Of a stretch of DNA of 64,000 nt, positions 48,422 to 57,408 are shown one piece after another (position 1 is the stretch's first letter; each line of letters opens with the position of its first letter). The DNA is taken from assembly GCA_048886525.1 (NCBI GenBank), contig JBHLKP010000001.1, positions 16,751 through 80,750 on the forward strand, read 5' to 3'. This DNA comes from Candidatus Hodarchaeota archaeon (GTDB lineage Archaea > Asgardarchaeota > Heimdallarchaeia > Hodarchaeales > Hodarchaeaceae). The position numbers and the translations under genes were made by a program. The notes under the pieces were generated by a model. It searched no databases and was not told the DNA's origin. It saw only the letters and a list, made by a program, of their open reading frames with translations.

Positions 48422-49885
48422 TTATTCTGAGACAGATGATTCATCCATTACCCATTTGCACATGCGTCGTAGGGGTTCAATAGCATCTTGAGGAGTAGAA
48501 AAAGACCCATTAGGCGCAAAACCAAGAGAAACAATTCTTTGGACTCCATGTAGAATCAGCTCATCTCGTATATGTGATTTCAAGCTTTCAGGGTAAATAC
48601 CGACAGTTTGAGTATAGGCATTAACCGATTGAATAGCAGTCTGGATATCATCAATAGGCACTAGATTGACAACTCGTCCGCATAATTTATTCGAAAAATC
48701 CACTGGTTCATCTAACTGACTAACAATAATAGCTCCTTCATTGTATTCACCGCCATATACTTGATAAAAGGTTTCATCCATTCGTAGCCCATCAATATCA
48801 GCTTTTAGGTCTAAATTAAATTCTTTAGGGGGAGTACTAACATGTGATGGAAGATTAATGAGAGCATAATACATATAGGCTCCCAAATGGTTCAAATTTT
48901 CGATGCCTTTTACATTGGTACCTGATTGAACAAAGATTACTCTTGAGTTAACACATGCTTCTTGATTCCATGACCCCACATCAATTGCTGCACGCTGTGC
49001 TGCTACTCTAAGCGTTTGTTCATTTTCAAACGCCTCTTTCCCAATAATTGAAATGCTTAATTTCGGATCTAAGGTGATTAAATCAATACCAGGTTGTAAA
49101 AATTTCGATATATGCTTAATTGAGGCAAAACCACCCCAAGCAATAATTTTTTCAATATTCTCTGGTCGATAAAATTTGGTTTCAAACGCTTCATCTCCCC
49201 CTTTCCAGTACGCTACACTAACACTTTTTGTAATGGGATGATTAGGCTCCATATCAATCATAGTTCTAGCTATTGCTATGGCTGTTAAAGGATCATTACT
49301 AGGCAATTTAATGATTGTATCACATCTAGTACAACAACTTCGAGCAAGAGATCCCGCTGCAACTAAAGGAACGTTACCGGCTATTATATGAACGGTTCGT
49401 GAACCAAAAGCTCGAACAGATACTGTACGTCCATCAATGAGTCTAGATGGAACCCAGTTTTCGAGATATTTTATACCTATCCTTTTTTCTAACATTTCAC
49501 TAAGAACTGGTTTAGATAAAAACATTGGTAAGGATTTGTAGGTTGTAAGCAATACGCTGGGTGTGAGTCCCGATGCTTCACAACCTAATTCAAAACATTC
49601 CTGCAAATAATCATTTTCTTCAAGAACCAATCTTTTTCCTAAATCATCTATAAAATCAAGAATTTCGTCAATACTGAGATTATATAATCCTTTCATGAGT
49701 GAAGGATTTTTTAGAACAATTTTATCAAGATATTTTGAAACATCAGGAGTTACAAACCTAATATTTCCCCACTTACCTCCATATTCTTTTGTATAATCCT
49801 GTATTAGTTTTCCTCTAGCAATTATAGGGATTTGATATTCTGAGAATTGTATTTGATGTTTAAGTTTCTCATAAACCGTCTGCAT
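48422..49885 (-). CDS. LuxC-family acyl-CoA (acyl-protein) reductase
   Basis: 'TVHIIAGNVPLVAAGSLARS', 'IIKLPSNDP', and catalytic-Cys region 'WNQEACVNSRVIFVQ'. LuxC length (487 aa). Confidence 0.75.
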   Translation of the reverse strand: MQTVYEKLKHQIQFSEYQIPIIARGKLIQDYTKEYGGKWGNIRFVTPDVSKYLDKIVLKNPSLMKGLYNLSIDEILDFIDDLGKRLVLEENDYLQECFELGCEASGLTPSVLLTTYKSLPMFLSKPVLSEMLEKRIGIKYLENWVPSRLIDGRTVSVRAFGSRTVHIIAGNVPLVAAGSLARSCCTRCDTIIKLPSNDPLTAIAIARTMIDMEPNHPITKSVSVAYWKGGDEAFETKFYRPENIEKIIAWGGFASIKHISKFLQPGIDLITLDPKLSISIIGKEAFENEQTLRVAAQRAAIDVGSWNQEACVNSRVIFVQSGTNVKGIENLNHLGAYMYYALINLPSHVSTPPKEFNLDLKADIDGLRMDETFYQVYGGEYNEGAIIVSQLDEPVDFSNKLCGRVVNLVPIDDIQTAIQSVNAYTQTVGIYPESLKSHIRDELILHGVQRIVSLGFAPNGSFSTPQDAIEPLRRMCKWVMDESSVSE

Positions 49886-49916
49886 ATATATTCACCTTGG
49901 ATAAAAGGTTTTGGAG

Positions 49917-51359
49917 TTATTCTTCCTCTTCTAACAAGAAATCGATGAAATTATCGTAAGTTGACTGGACTCCAGCACAGGATATCTTGTCATCCCCTCC
50001 CTGTTTTTCGCTATAGCGTTGAATCTGTCTTTCAATCCAAGCTCCTTTCCAACCACAGCCACAATCATCCCAATGTATCGTGACTTCATCACCAGTAATG
50101 AAACCACCCCAATAAGTTTCAGCTAAGAGGTCATAGAAAGCAAATCGTCCAGTTTGTACTCCTTTTCTTTGTAATGGTTCACCTGTTTCCGGATCTAGAA
50201 TAAAGGGAATAAACCACGGAAAAATGTGGTAATTGCTTTTAGAGCACGATGGTATACCTGCGCCGTTCATTTCTGTCATACCATAGTTATCTTTAATAGA
50301 ATTGACTCCATAGAAGTCACAAACGATATCATACCATCCTTCAGGGGGTTGATAACCTTTCATACCACCACCTGTTGCAATACCACTATTAGGAGCAAAA
50401 ACTTGGCTTAAACCCATTTCATGACCTTTAAGTGCAGTTTCGATAATCGGCTGCCAAACTCCCATGAAAAATACTCTTTTTCCTGCATATTTTGTGAGAA
50501 GTTTATTGATGAATGCTTCAAACATTTTGGGCGCAATTGTTTTCATTTTAATAAATTCGCCTTTATTGTGAACAAGAGCACGGACAAGTTGAAGTTTACC
50601 TAACTCTCCTTTCGCTTTAGCAGCTCTCACACGTCCGGCCAAACTCATAAAATCCGCAGACATAAACCCAGGATAAGCTGTATGATATTCTTCATCTGAT
50701 CCAGCCATCTTTGGAGCGAAATGTCCAATAACGCGTTGTGCCAACTGACGTCCATCTCGGTAACCAGGGAAGAAAACTGGGACATGTTCTTCATGAAAAT
50801 TTATCCCTGTGGTACATTCAAGCATCATGTATATACCGTTCTTGTAATTCTCCATGTCAATCATTGTACGGGGCAGAAAGGAGAGTTTTCCTGTGGTACC
50901 TGAACTATGAACGACCATAAGATCTGATTGGTCTTCTAATTGATTAAGCCATTGGTCAATAGTTTTTGGATCTTTTAAAATAATATTAGAAAAATCTAAT
51001 GTCGAAAATTTAGCTAACCATTTAGTAAGTTGATCAAATCGTCGTTTTTCGATTAGAGAAAGGGGATATGACTTGTAAACGGTATGTGTAAATAAAACTG
51101 GTAAAATATCATTTAATGTATCGATATTAATTACACTTTGTCTCTTAACTAAATCTCTCACAGCTGTAATTCTTGAAGCTAATTCACGGAATCTTTCCTG
51201 CAATGCACGTAATTGAACGTTTTCAAGTTCTTTGCCTTCTAACATGAAACAATCATCTGGTGAATGAAGTTCACGTCTAGGCCAGTTTCGGGGATGCATA
51301 TCCCAATCAGAGGCCTTTTTATCTACATCTACTTGGGTTGAGATTGTCATTCTAAACAA
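49917..51359 (-). CDS. LuxE-like acyl-protein synthetase / adenylate-forming enzyme
   Basis: Adenylation motif 'VVHSSGTTGKLSF', 'YGMTE'. Sits immediately upstream of the LuxC-like gene on the same strand (31-nt gap). Confidence 0.65.
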   Translation of the reverse strand: MFRMTISTQVDVDKKASDWDMHPRNWPRRELHSPDDCFMLEGKELENVQLRALQERFRELASRITAVRDLVKRQSVINIDTLNDILPVLFTHTVYKSYPLSLIEKRRFDQLTKWLAKFSTLDFSNIILKDPKTIDQWLNQLEDQSDLMVVHSSGTTGKLSFLPRTMIDMENYKNGIYMMLECTTGINFHEEHVPVFFPGYRDGRQLAQRVIGHFAPKMAGSDEEYHTAYPGFMSADFMSLAGRVRAAKAKGELGKLQLVRALVHNKGEFIKMKTIAPKMFEAFINKLLTKYAGKRVFFMGVWQPIIETALKGHEMGLSQVFAPNSGIATGGGMKGYQPPEGWYDIVCDFYGVNSIKDNYGMTEMNGAGIPSCSKSNYHIFPWFIPFILDPETGEPLQRKGVQTGRFAFYDLLAETYWGGFITGDEVTIHWDDCGCGWKGAWIERQIQRYSEKQGGDDKISCAGVQSTYDNFIDFLLEEEE

Positions 51360-51519
51360 CGTCCGAAAATAATATTTTCAGATAAGGATTGCTGGAATAA
51401 TTTATATATTATAAATATTTGGAACGCTTTATATAAGCTTTATAAATAAATAAAAAAAAGGTAGTTTTCCAAGTTTTTGAATATAATAACTATAGTCTCT
51501 AATATTTATTGATTGATTG

Positions 51520-54279
51520 ATGACACTTTCTAATAATGATCCTCATAAGCTGTGGAAGCATTACAACTCTACTCTTGAAGAATTTGTGCTTACAAAAGAT
51601 TTAGAGGAAGCAATATCTGAATTTCGCAAAATTATGGATGCTTCTCCTCCAATAGATCTTTTGACCGAATTAGCGAAGCGTTTTATTCAACTTAAACGAA
51701 TTGATGACGCTAAAAAGGCTTATGGTCTAATACTAACAATAGATAATACCCATCGTGAGACTTGGAAACAGCTTTCCTCTTTATATTTCAAACTCAAAGA
51801 TATCCCAAAAGCAGAGTTTTGTTTGAAAAAATATTATACTTTAGCAGGTGGAAATGCTCAACTTCAAAAAGCTAGTAAGGTTAGGCTTGCTAGTTCAGGA
51901 CGATTGAAAAAATTACCTGAAAATCAAGAATTAGGATTGCAAGATGGTATAACAATCCGATCTACTTCTCCCAGAACTGTAATGAGTCTTTCAGAATTTG
52001 AAAGGCGTTTTGAAATTTCAGTTAAAGATCTTCCACTAGCAGTTCAAAGAATAATTCAATTTTCTCAACATCAAATCGTAGATTATCGCTTTTTTGAGAA
52101 ACAAAGTGGACAAATGGGGACAGTAATTGAATCTTTAAATGAGCAAAATCTAATAGACACTTTAAAAAGCAGAAAAATAACCCATCTTTTTCAATTCCAA
52201 GAACAAGCTCTTAATGCTATTAATGCAGATAAAGACGTTTGTATCGTTGCTCCGACTGGAAATGGTAAAACAGAAGCCTTTCTTCTTCCTACACTTCTTA
52301 AGATAAAAAATTTCAAAGATTGTGGTGTACAACTTCTTCTTATTTATCCTATGAAAGCATTAGCTAAAGATCAATTACGTAAAATAGAGGATTTTGCAGG
52401 GATCCTAGGATTATCAGTTAAAGTCTTTGATGGGGATACTTCGCACTATTGGCGTAATAAAATATTTGCAGATCCCCCTGAAATACTTGTTACTAATCCT
52501 GATATTCTACATTATCATCTTGGAATTGGTCGTAACTCTAGTCGGTTTCAAGATCTTCTCATTGGGTTAAAAATTGTTGTTCTTGATGAAATTCATTCAT
52601 ATTCTGGAACATTTGGCTCTAATATGCATTTTATATTAAGACGACTTGAAAGAGTTGTGAATCAAAAGTTACAATTAATAGGCGCCTCAGCTACGGTAGC
52701 TAATGCAAATTCTTTTGCATCAAAGCTTTTAGATAGACAAATTAAGATTATTGAATGTAAAAATGGTCGTAGAGGTCGTTTACATTTCTTAATGCTTGCT
52801 CCTTTTACTGGAATGTCTACAATAGATGGAATGACTAGTTTAGTTAATAGTATTAAAGGAAAAGGTAAGATACTTGTTTTTCAGGATTCTCATAGAAACG
52901 TTGAATTACTTTACCAAAAATTAGGTGGTGCAGCTCAACATGTGGGTATCCATCGTGCTGGTTTAAACTTAAAAGTTCGTGAACAAGTTGAATCAGATTT
53001 TCGTGAAGGGAAAATCGACCTTTTAGTAGCAACACCGACACTTGAACTTGGAATTGATATTGGAGACTTAAATATTGTTGTGACTCCTCCGATTGCTGTA
53101 AACCGGGCAATGCAGCGTATTGGCCGAGCAGGAAGGAAGGGCCAAGAAGCTCTTGCCGTTATCCTGTTAAATGCAGAAGACCCAATTAGTAATTATTATT
53201 TTCATAATCCCGATAGATACTATCAAGATGTTGAGGATGTATTCGTTGACCCCTCAAATCCGAATGTAATCGAAAATCAGTTATTGTGTGCATCACTTGA
53301 TCAACAAATAGAAATCGCTGAATTTCCTGAGTACAAAGATATTTTAAATCGTTTAATTTCCAACAGTCTTCTTAAACAAGTAGGTCATTCAATTTTATTA
53401 CCGACAGAAGCGGGTAAAGAGCGTGCAAGAAAATATTCAATACGTGGTAAGAACCATGAAATTCAAATTAAGATTCGTGGCGGGTCTATAATCGGGAAAA
53501 GGGCTATGCCCCTAGCAATGTTGGAGTTATATCCTGGCGCCTTCTATTATTCAGGGGGTAGAAGATATCGTGTAGCTAGCTTTTATTTTAGCGGAACACG
53601 AGGTAAAGCCGAACTGATTAAACCAAAGAATGTATGGGGACAAACTTTTCCATTATCTACACTGAAACCAGAAATTTTGACTCTTTACTCCCCATTACAT
53701 TCAGTTTATGGTCTTGAAATAGCATATATTGAAACAAAAGTTCTTCAAAGTGTGTATGGATATTCCCTCCAAACTCCGAATGGGACATCTATACAAAAAT
53801 TACGGGATCCACTCTATTATGCTTCTCGTTCAAAGGGTTTAATATTTAGAACTCCTCCTCTCCCTCCTCATATCATTGATATTGATCGAACTACTTATAT
53901 CGCTTCTCTTCATGCTTTGATTCATGTGATTTTACATGCTAGTCTGCCATTTATCGGTGGTCAGCTTAGTGAAATAGGTGGTCTCGCTTTAATTCCTCAA
54001 GGATACATATTATTATATGATCAAGCCTCAGGGTCAGGAGTTTGTGCAATGCTATTAGAAAATTTACCCAAATTATTCCAACGGGCATATCAGATCTTGG
54101 AAGATTGTGATTGTAAAAATCCTCAGGGTTGTCCGCGTTGTACTTTTCTTCCTCGCTGTAGCCATAATAATACTAGATTAGATAAATATGGGGCACGAAA
54201 AATATTGACTTCTATTATTGAAGGGACATCAGTTCCATTGAAAAATAATTATAACGATTTTAACCAGACTTTTCATTAA
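51520..54279 (+). CDS. COG1205/MrfA(YprA)-like DEAD/DEAH helicase with C-terminal DUF1998 zinc module and N-terminal TPR-like extension
   Basis: Motif I 'APTGNGKTEA', II 'VVLDEIHSY', III 'GASATV', V 'LVATPTLELGIDIG', VI 'QRIGRAGRKG'. C-terminal 'DCDCKNPQGCPRCTFLPRCSHNN'. The first ~110 aa are TPR-like. The track ORF opens TTG-ATG; the ATG at 51520 is used. Confidence 0.85.
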   Translation: MTLSNNDPHKLWKHYNSTLEEFVLTKDLEEAISEFRKIMDASPPIDLLTELAKRFIQLKRIDDAKKAYGLILTIDNTHRETWKQLSSLYFKLKDIPKAEFCLKKYYTLAGGNAQLQKASKVRLASSGRLKKLPENQELGLQDGITIRSTSPRTVMSLSEFERRFEISVKDLPLAVQRIIQFSQHQIVDYRFFEKQSGQMGTVIESLNEQNLIDTLKSRKITHLFQFQEQALNAINADKDVCIVAPTGNGKTEAFLLPTLLKIKNFKDCGVQLLLIYPMKALAKDQLRKIEDFAGILGLSVKVFDGDTSHYWRNKIFADPPEILVTNPDILHYHLGIGRNSSRFQDLLIGLKIVVLDEIHSYSGTFGSNMHFILRRLERVVNQKLQLIGASATVANANSFASKLLDRQIKIIECKNGRRGRLHFLMLAPFTGMSTIDGMTSLVNSIKGKGKILVFQDSHRNVELLYQKLGGAAQHVGIHRAGLNLKVREQVESDFREGKIDLLVATPTLELGIDIGDLNIVVTPPIAVNRAMQRIGRAGRKGQEALAVILLNAEDPISNYYFHNPDRYYQDVEDVFVDPSNPNVIENQLLCASLDQQIEIAEFPEYKDILNRLISNSLLKQVGHSILLPTEAGKERARKYSIRGKNHEIQIKIRGGSIIGKRAMPLAMLELYPGAFYYSGGRRYRVASFYFSGTRGKAELIKPKNVWGQTFPLSTLKPEILTLYSPLHSVYGLEIAYIETKVLQSVYGYSLQTPNGTSIQKLRDPLYYASRSKGLIFRTPPLPPHIIDIDRTTYIASLHALIHVILHASLPFIGGQLSEIGGLALIPQGYILLYDQASGSGVCAMLLENLPKLFQRAYQILEDCDCKNPQGCPRCTFLPRCSHNNTRLDKYGARKILTSIIEGTSVPLKNNYNDFNQTFH

Positions 54280-54352
54280 AATTCGAATATATAAGTCTTG
54301 ATTACTAATAAATCAATGGACACAAAGAAAGATTCTAGGGTGTTTTGAGTTT

Positions 54353-55618
54353 ATGATAACTTCTAGATGTACTTTAACAACTATTATTGGATTTCTTTGT
54401 GGATTTATTATTTATCCAAGTGTTGTATTTTTATTACTTTGTGGAGGAGTTGGTTATTTTGTTGGTCAATTCTTGGATAGCATTGATGTAAAAAATCAAT
54501 TAGATACATTTAATAGCATCCACGCTACTCAAGACATTTTTCATCCAGAGGATATACCTGAAGCAATTATTATTTATTCACGAAAAGAAAATCTTACATC
54601 TGTTCTGATCGACTTCAGAGTGAATAGTAAACCCCAAGACTTTAGACTCTCTGTTCTTAAAAATTTACAGGAATTCGATTTTCGGATTATAGAGGATGCT
54701 AATAAAACCACATTTAACCTAATTCTCGAGTACCCTAACTGTAATTATCCAAAAATTATGACAATGAATGATAAAAAGGAAGAAATTCATTTTGATATAA
54801 AGGAAAGAAGTAAAGATTTTCAATCTGCATTAAAGAAGATAGTTCCTGGATTAGAGATTTTCCCTTCCCTCTATCCTGATCTTTATGGAGATATTAATAT
54901 TAAGGAAATGATTAGCCCTTTGAGCATTGATTATAAATTTCATCCTCCCCCTTCATTTATGAACCCTGAAACTGATTATAGATCAGATTATTTTGGAGTT
55001 AATAGAAATGATAGCAATACCCTAGCAAATGATAATATTCCAATCAATTTTAATCAGAATAACATCTATAAGGAATTAATCGATTACCCTCCTTCCCCCG
55101 ATATGAATAATGGTAGTGAATTTGATGTTACATCAGAAAAAAACAATATAAACCATGATACAATAATAGGTGATTTAATTCCTAAAGGTAATTTGGATAA
55201 TTCATCTATAGAAATTTCCGTTCCAGACCTATCCCCTGATGACATTAAAGAATTAAAAGATATGAACGCTAGAGTACTTAAATCTTTCTTAGAGGATGAA
55301 AATTCAGATGATATTTCCTTGGGCTTAAAAAAAGCAAATCAACTAGAAGAAAACCACAAGAAGCTTCCTGCTAAATTACAAACAAATTCTGATGATATTG
55401 AGGAATCTAAATATATAAAAATTGATTATTCTAATGTCCAAAATTATGATGGAGATATAAGCCCCGTTGATGAATTTAGCACAAATTTCGTTGATAAGAT
55501 CGAAAAAGAAATATTCAAAATGAAGAAAAAAAAGATTGATCCAGAAATTTACGAAGAACCAAATACATTAAGAGAAGTTCTAAAGGATAGAAAACCATTA
55601 GACAATTCTGTGAGTTAG
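54353..55618 (+). CDS. membrane-anchored protein with acidic/Asn-rich low-complexity tail
   Basis: N-terminal hydrophobic hairpin 'LTTIIGFLCGFIIYPSVVFLLLCGGVGYFVGQF', then about 370 aa without recognisable motifs. Confidence 0.5.
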   Translation: MITSRCTLTTIIGFLCGFIIYPSVVFLLLCGGVGYFVGQFLDSIDVKNQLDTFNSIHATQDIFHPEDIPEAIIIYSRKENLTSVLIDFRVNSKPQDFRLSVLKNLQEFDFRIIEDANKTTFNLILEYPNCNYPKIMTMNDKKEEIHFDIKERSKDFQSALKKIVPGLEIFPSLYPDLYGDINIKEMISPLSIDYKFHPPPSFMNPETDYRSDYFGVNRNDSNTLANDNIPINFNQNNIYKELIDYPPSPDMNNGSEFDVTSEKNNINHDTIIGDLIPKGNLDNSSIEISVPDLSPDDIKELKDMNARVLKSFLEDENSDDISLGLKKANQLEENHKKLPAKLQTNSDDIEESKYIKIDYSNVQNYDGDISPVDEFSTNFVDKIEKEIFKMKKKKIDPEIYEEPNTLREVLKDRKPLDNSVS

Positions 55619-55624
55619 TCTATT

Positions 55625-56158
55625 CTACAAAGTTAATTTTTCTACTTGCAACATATCACAATATAAGCATTTTAGTTTTTCTTCAATAAAAAATAAAAAT
55701 TTAGTACAATATGGACATCTGATTGTAATCTGACTGATATTATTACTTAATTTTCTTAATTCGTTTTCTTCGTCCATCTTAGGCGAAATTAAAAGCATCA
55801 GACTTTGTTTTTCCTTAATATTAAGAGGAGCTCGTGCTATGTGCAAAATAGCCTGTTTCTTCTCTCCAAGTTGTCGTAAGCATTCAATTATCATCCTATT
55901 GATCATTAGATCATTTGTTGGCAAGTAATTTTGTAGATAAGCAATAGTTTTCGAGTACTCTTTTCTCTGAAAATAAATCAAAGCTAGCTTCTGTTTTACC
56001 TGACTTCTATGACTGGGTGAACTACGAAAGAGGTATTTTAGATTAGCTAATGCTTCATCCCAATTCCCGTTACTAATTTTTTCATCAATTTTATTGAACA
56101 TTTCTGCTTTTTTCTTCTCTGTTTCAGTACAAACACGGAATTTTTTATTTTGTGGCAT
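55625..56158 (-). CDS. TPR-like protein with C-terminal zinc ribbon
   Basis: 'WDEALANLKYLF...KLALIYFQRKEYSKTIAYLQ' is TPR-like. C-terminus 'RCPYCTKFLFFIEEKLKCLYCD' is CxxC-x12-CxxC. Lies 4 nt downstream of the 56163-56723 gene. Confidence 0.5.
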   Translation of the reverse strand: MPQNKKFRVCTETEKKKAEMFNKIDEKISNGNWDEALANLKYLFRSSPSHRSQVKQKLALIYFQRKEYSKTIAYLQNYLPTNDLMINRMIIECLRQLGEKKQAILHIARAPLNIKEKQSLMLLISPKMDEENELRKLSNNISQITIRCPYCTKFLFFIEEKLKCLYCDMLQVEKLTL

Positions 56159-56162
56159 ACTA

Positions 56163-56723
56163 TTATTTCTCCATTTTGGAATGGTGATTTTTAGACCTTT
56201 CCCAAAGTGGAAGAGTTGGAAATCTAATTCGATATCTTTTATTCATAACTCGAAGTACTTCTTTACGAACTTCTGGACTTAATTTTTGGCGTTTAGCACG
56301 TAATCTAATCCTTAAAGCTCCCTGATTTGACATCGTAATTATACCTATTCCTTGCGTCTCAGCCCAAGATAGCTGTTGGTGTTTCGTCACAGAGTCGAGA
56401 TAATCAAATTGCTCGTTAGGACATAATAAGTAACAAAAATCACAAAATTCCTGATATATAGTCGGATGTTGAGCGTGAAGTTGGATCTCAGCTTCGAAGA
56501 AATAAATAGAGCTATCTATCTGATTTATGGCTGCTAAATCAATTCTAATTTGCTCCTGTTTTGTTGGGGTCAATTTTCGGATATCTAAATATTTTGATGT
56601 GATCTGCAATTCAGTGTATGTTTGAAATTTGAGTTTTTCCACAAGAATATTATCAAGATGAATGATTAATTCGGACTCTGTTGTAACTTCTTTAAACCAC
56701 TTATTTTTTGTCTGTTCATGCAT
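56163..56723 (-). CDS. MmcB-like PD-(D/E)xK-fold protein (tentative)
   Basis: 'RIDLAAIN...IYFFEAEIQL...YQEFCDFCYLLCP...GIGIITM' is colinear with the remembered MmcB pattern D..A...vEiK.s..Df...Y...cD.fy..vP...GlGli. Q occupies the Lys position. Confidence 0.4.
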   Translation of the reverse strand: MHEQTKNKWFKEVTTESELIIHLDNILVEKLKFQTYTELQITSKYLDIRKLTPTKQEQIRIDLAAINQIDSSIYFFEAEIQLHAQHPTIYQEFCDFCYLLCPNEQFDYLDSVTKHQQLSWAETQGIGIITMSNQGALRIRLRAKRQKLSPEVRKEVLRVMNKRYRIRFPTLPLWERSKNHHSKMEK

Positions 56724-57096
56724 TTTTCTTGTCCTTTACCCAAAAAAACTAGTCCTGAATTCTTTGAGGGTAAAAACCTCATTATATTATTATATCAATC
56801 ACTTATATATTAGAAAAGCAGTTTAGGGTATAAAACTAGTTAAGCCTCTACTCTGTCGAAAAGTAAATTCACTAAAGAAAAAGGATTTTCAGTAAATCCA
56901 AGCTGAATACGGTTCTTATTTTTCTGTATTCTTTATTATTATAATTAATTGAAGATATATTAAAAAAAATCATTCACTGATTAAAGAGACCAAGTTTTCA
57001 CAAAATATTTCTAGAGAGAATCCAAGATTTTCGAATTTTTAAAGCTCCTAGACAATTCTAGATAGATATAGATTTTCATGTTATTGGTGAGCTTTG

Positions 57097-57408
57097 ATGG
57101 TTAGTAAATCAAGCATTCCTGTAGATGATATACCTTTCCTTGATGAATTATTTGTTAATAGTCCTTTATGTCAAATTTGTGAATATGCGAACATGTTTGG
57201 AGGAGTATGCTCCCTCTTACTCAATCGAAGAGTTCCAGATCTCGTTATAAAAAAGGCTAGAATAATGAGCTGTTCCGCGCATCGAAATTGGGTGCTTGAA
57301 CTGGATGATTCTTTGGTTAATCTATGGAATGAGTCAAATGAGGATGACCCAGTATCATTCAAAAATTCTCTTGACCAAAATAAAAAGCATAACTCCTATT
57401 GGGGATAG
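57097..57408 (+). CDS. small Cys/His-containing protein
   Basis: About 103 aa with 'CQICEYANMFGGVC...MSCSAHRNW'. Its 3' end overlaps the Hef-like ORF by 10 nt. Confidence 0.4.
   Translation: MVSKSSIPVDDIPFLDELFVNSPLCQICEYANMFGGVCSLLLNRRVPDLVIKKARIMSCSAHRNWVLELDDSLVNLWNESNEDDPVSFKNSLDQNKKHNSYWG

Noticed and set aside
50226-50920. Four 60-61-aa plus-strand ORFs inside the LuxE-like gene
   Set aside because: They are antisense shadows of a gene with a clear adenylation motif.
48422-51359. Calling the LuxC/LuxE pair horizontally acquired because it is G+C-richer
   Set aside because: Sampled 60-nt lines here are about 38-48% G+C, against about 27-35% in the membrane-protein genes. However, the vertically inherited gap gene is equally elevated (about 50% in one line). 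Composition alone therefore reflects protein conservation, not origin.
51520-54279. Assigning the DUF1998 helicase to DISARM or Druantia
   Set aside because: None of the obligatory partners is present nearby (DrmC PLD nuclease or DrmMI/MII methylase; DruA-D or a very large DruE). COG1205 helicases are also common housekeeping genes in archaea.
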